A DNA stretch of 24,000 nt. Source: Archangium gephyra. Lineage in GTDB: Bacteria; Pseudomonadota; Alphaproteobacteria; Rhizobiales; Phreatobacteraceae. Of this stretch, positions 23,934 through 24,000 are shown piece after piece. Under the pieces are notes generated by a model. It had not been told where the DNA came from. It did no database searches and saw only the letters and a program-made list of their open reading frames with translations. The DNA lies in assembly GCA_943368975.1 (NCBI GenBank), contig CALRLZ020000014.1, positions 54,987 through 78,986 on the forward strand. The letters run 5' to 3'. Each line of letters begins with the position of its first letter. Position 1 is the first letter of the stretch. The position numbers and the translations under genes were made by a program.

Positions 23934-24000
23934 CATGGCTGCCGACCTCGACGACCAGATCGCCGCCATCCGCGGCTTCAACCGTTTCTACACCCGCGCC
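23934..24000 (+). CDS. Partial (5' end only) probable MarR-type regulator, possibly a MarR-GNAT fusion
   Basis: GGGAGGG SD at 23918-23924. MAADLDDQIAAIRGFNRFYTRA... The FNRFYTR N-terminal motif is one I associate with MarR/GNAT bifunctional regulators. Only 22 codons are visible. Confidence 0.4.

Noticed and set aside
1-24000. CRISPR arrays, tRNA/rRNA genes, IS elements, integrases, toxin-antitoxin or known defence-system genes
   Set aside because: I saw no regularly spaced direct repeats, no tRNA-like cloverleaf motifs and no recognisable mobility or defence protein motifs in any credible ORF. This was checked by eye only, so a tRNAscan, Infernal or DefenseFinder run would be needed for certainty.

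Overview
High-GC chromosomal segment, about 65% G+C in housekeeping genes by spot counts of single 60-nt lines. Gene content and order look alphaproteobacterial (Hyphomicrobiales/Rhizobiales-like): dapA-smpB, rpoZ-spoT, pyrE-acpS, lipB. I support 28 CDS, one of them partial at the right edge. I also support two copies of a ~158-bp MITE/REP-like nested-palindrome repeat, four hairpin terminators and two candidate promoters. I saw no rRNA, tRNA, CRISPR array, transposase, integrase or phage genes. Many very long ORFs in the track (845, 871, 732, 551 aa) are antisense or out-of-frame artefacts of high GC. The most interesting part is a compositionally mosaic block of about 7.2 kb between spoT and pyrE (7816..15045). 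It holds a compact NOX/ferric-reductase-type flavocytochrome whose bis-haem histidine spacing (14 and 13) matches my recollection of gp91phox. This gene is co-directional with an overlapping FixL/FixJ-class two-component system whose periplasmic sensor I cannot assign. The block also holds an unassignable ~12-TM membrane protein, a divergent Cys-rich DUF4395 protein and a ~50% GC single-gene islet (YdeI/DUF1801). Other observations: a perfect EcfG-type general-stress promoter (GGAAC-N16-CGTT) precedes a small secreted glycine-zipper, Tyr/Pro/Arg-rich protein. An Fe/Mn superoxide dismutase carries a Tat-like signal peptide. An unknown membrane protein sits between pyrE and acpS with a GTGA start/stop overlap at both junctions. 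An orphan FliN/SpoA-domain gene has no flagellar neighbours. All family calls come from reading motifs by eye; no database search was possible.
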